NCBI GenBank assembly: GCA_051382295.1
Contig: JBBCAW010000004.1
Span: 32,001-96,000 of the forward strand
From: Bdellovibrionota bacterium FG-1
GTDB taxonomy: Bacteria; Bdellovibrionota; UBA1018
Length of the DNA: 64,000 nucleotides
Reading direction: 5' to 3'
Position numbers and translations under genes: made by a program. The stretch's first letter is position 1; every line of letters begins with the position of its first letter. Positions 62,394-64,000 of the stretch are shown here, piece after piece. Under the pieces are notes generated by a model. It did not search any database. It was not told the origin of the DNA and worked only from the letters and a program-made list of their open reading frames with translations.

Positions 62394-64000
62394 ATGGCAA
62401 AAAATGCATGGCTGCGAATAGCTTTAGTCTTGCTGGGCCTCCAAGCGGTTCAAGCTCAAGCGTTTACCTTGATGATTGATCCCAAGAAAGATCAGTTTTG
62501 GCAAAAAGACGCTCTCACCGTTCATGTCGACAGTGCGACCTGTAGCGGCTATCCCAATACGCCTAATATCGTCGATCGGGGCATGGGTTGTTGGAATGGC
62601 GTTCCTACTTCTCGTATCAAGTTTTCTTTGAGCAATGATGAGCATGCGGATGTCGTTATTTTTTGCGGAGATATATCGATTGGGCCGCTCGCTGAAACTC
62701 AAATGGGTTATAGTGGTACGGATCTCGGCGGACCAAAGCGGATAATCCAGGTGGATGTGATCATTGATACGTTGGTTTTGGAGAAAAACGATGACTATGC
62801 GGCCATGATCGCCTGTCATGAATTGGGACATGCATTGGGGTTAGGTCACTCCATGGATTCAGAGGCAGTGATGTATTCTAATCCGACTCCAGTTCATATG
62901 ACGGCGACGCTGGGCCAGGACGATATTGATGCGGCTACTGTTCTTTATCCTCGCAATGAATTGGGAGGGGGACAGATTCCGTTGGGCTGCGCGACTGTGG
63001 AGAAAGTGGGGCGCGGCGGTGGCCGTGGCGGCGGTCAAGGTGGTAACCCCCCTGGAGCGAGCGCAGTGGTCGTCCCATTTTTGATGATGCTGTTGGGGTG
63101 GGGCTTTGTCAGGCGTCGAAAACAGGAAACCGCGCGGGTAGCTTTTGGGATGGTGCTGTGTCTAGGAATGGCTTTTTTGAGCAGTGGCTGTTTAGTGCAG
63201 ACCAATCATGACACCGGTGAAATGGTGAGCGGCACACCGCTTGAGGGGGTCAAATTTTGCGATGGAAGCGGTATTCTGGCTTCTTATCCGTTGCAACCTA
63301 CAGGATTAGAGTCGGGCGTGACCGTCTTGGGGGTCGGCTATTTCACCAATTGTGCTGTCAAACAAGGAAAGCTCTATTGCTGGGGGTTTAACGGTCAAGC
63401 TCAAGCGGGAACTGACAATAAGCACTCCGATTCGATCTGTGAACGGAGTACCTACTGTTACACCCCTCTTGAGGTTAAGGGGATTCCGGGGACGATCACA
63501 CAGATCGCGATTGGCAATACGACGAGCTGCGCGCTTGCGGGTGGTGATGTCTATTGTTGGGGCGGGGCTAATGAGGGGCAGTTGGGGACCAACGATACGG
63601 CTCGAAATCCAGTGCCCCAAAAAGTTCATAATATCAACAGTCAAGCGGTTTCAATTTCGGCAGGCGCTTTTCATATGTGCGCAGCAATGAGTACCGGGGC
63701 TGTTAAATGTTGGGGCGGAAATGTGTTTGGACAGGCCTTGGGTCAGACGGGGTTGTCGACTAAGCGCTGCACGGAATCTGGAGGCGTTTCCACCACGAGC
63801 GGCGTCGAGTGTGTGCCAGAACCCGTGACGGTGCCCGGGATGGAGTCAGGCGCCTTGAGTGTAGCATCGGGAGGGGTTTCCAATTGTTCATTGATGCAGG
63901 ATGGGACGATTAAGTGTTGGGGCTCAAATAATGAAGGCCAACTTGGAAATGGAAATTATTCCGTCAGCTGTGCAATAATCAATTGCGGAAGCGCGGCTAC
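62394..64000 (+). CDS. 3'-truncated matrixin (M10) protease + membrane segments + RCC1/BLIP-II repeats; absent from the ORF track
   Basis: Hand-translated open frame from ATG 62394 to the window end: AQA-F signal, HELGHALGLGHS, AVM, DDIDAATVLYP, then repeated LYCWG/VYCWG/VKCWG/IKCWG..N..GQLG. Confidence 0.85.
   Translation, partial: MAKNAWLRIALVLLGLQAVQAQAFTLMIDPKKDQFWQKDALTVHVDSATCSGYPNTPNIVDRGMGCWNGVPTSRIKFSLSNDEHADVVIFCGDISIGPLAETQMGYSGTDLGGPKRIIQVDVIIDTLVLEKNDDYAAMIACHELGHALGLGHSMDSEAVMYSNPTPVHMTATLGQDDIDAATVLYPRNELGGGQIPLGCATVEKVGRGGGRGGGQGGNPPGASAVVVPFLMMLLGWGFVRRRKQETARVAFGMVLCLGMAFLSSGCLVQTNHDTGEMVSGTPLEGVKFCDGSGILASYPLQPTGLESGVTVLGVGYFTNCAVKQGKLYCWGFNGQAQAGTDNKHSDSICERSTYCYTPLEVKGIPGTITQIAIGNTTSCALAGGDVYCWGGANEGQLGTNDTARNPVPQKVHNINSQAVSISAGAFHMCAAMSTGAVKCWGGNVFGQALGQTGLSTKRCTESGGVSTTSGVECVPEPVTVPGMESGALSVASGGVSNCSLMQDGTIKCWGSNNEGQLGNGNYSVSCAIINCGSAA

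Noticed and set aside
62424..63690. Track ORFs 62424-62831, 63306-63644 and 63352-63690
   Set aside because: They overlap the real unlisted frame starting at 62394.

Overview
Bacterial chromosomal segment. Gene content suggests Bdellovibrionota/Oligoflexia (inference, not a marker-gene placement). 0.2-14.3 kb is a minus-strand dcw cluster (rsmH-ftsL-ftsI-murE-mraY-murD-ftsW-murG-murC-murB) that lacks mraZ, murF and ddl-ftsQAZ and is headed by mtgA plus a transpeptidase-only PBP. Other housekeeping genes: amn, a lone mreB, hutG, radA, glpK, ligA, and LysR-pirin-azoreductase. Accessory highlights: (i) a ThDP enzyme/SRPBCC cyclase/KAS III trio with the architecture of carbazole-alkaloid core genes (NzsH/I/J); (ii) a GNAT-LuxE-LuxC::acyl-CoA-ligase operon without luciferase; (iii) an unlisted ORF running off the right end that fuses a matrixin, an internal C-terminal-type anchor, an internal lipoprotein-like signal and RCC1 repeats; (iv) signal-peptide-bearing Fic, SAM-methyltransferase-like and 1110-aa HExxH proteins; (v) an unlisted 54-aa ORF resembling the FliF C-terminus behind a sigma28-like promoter; (vi) several decayed genes (brnT, a two-component pair, a frameshifted OM barrel). 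No rRNA, tRNA, CRISPR array or intact transposase was recognised. Family calls come from motif recognition by eye, and starts are best guesses.
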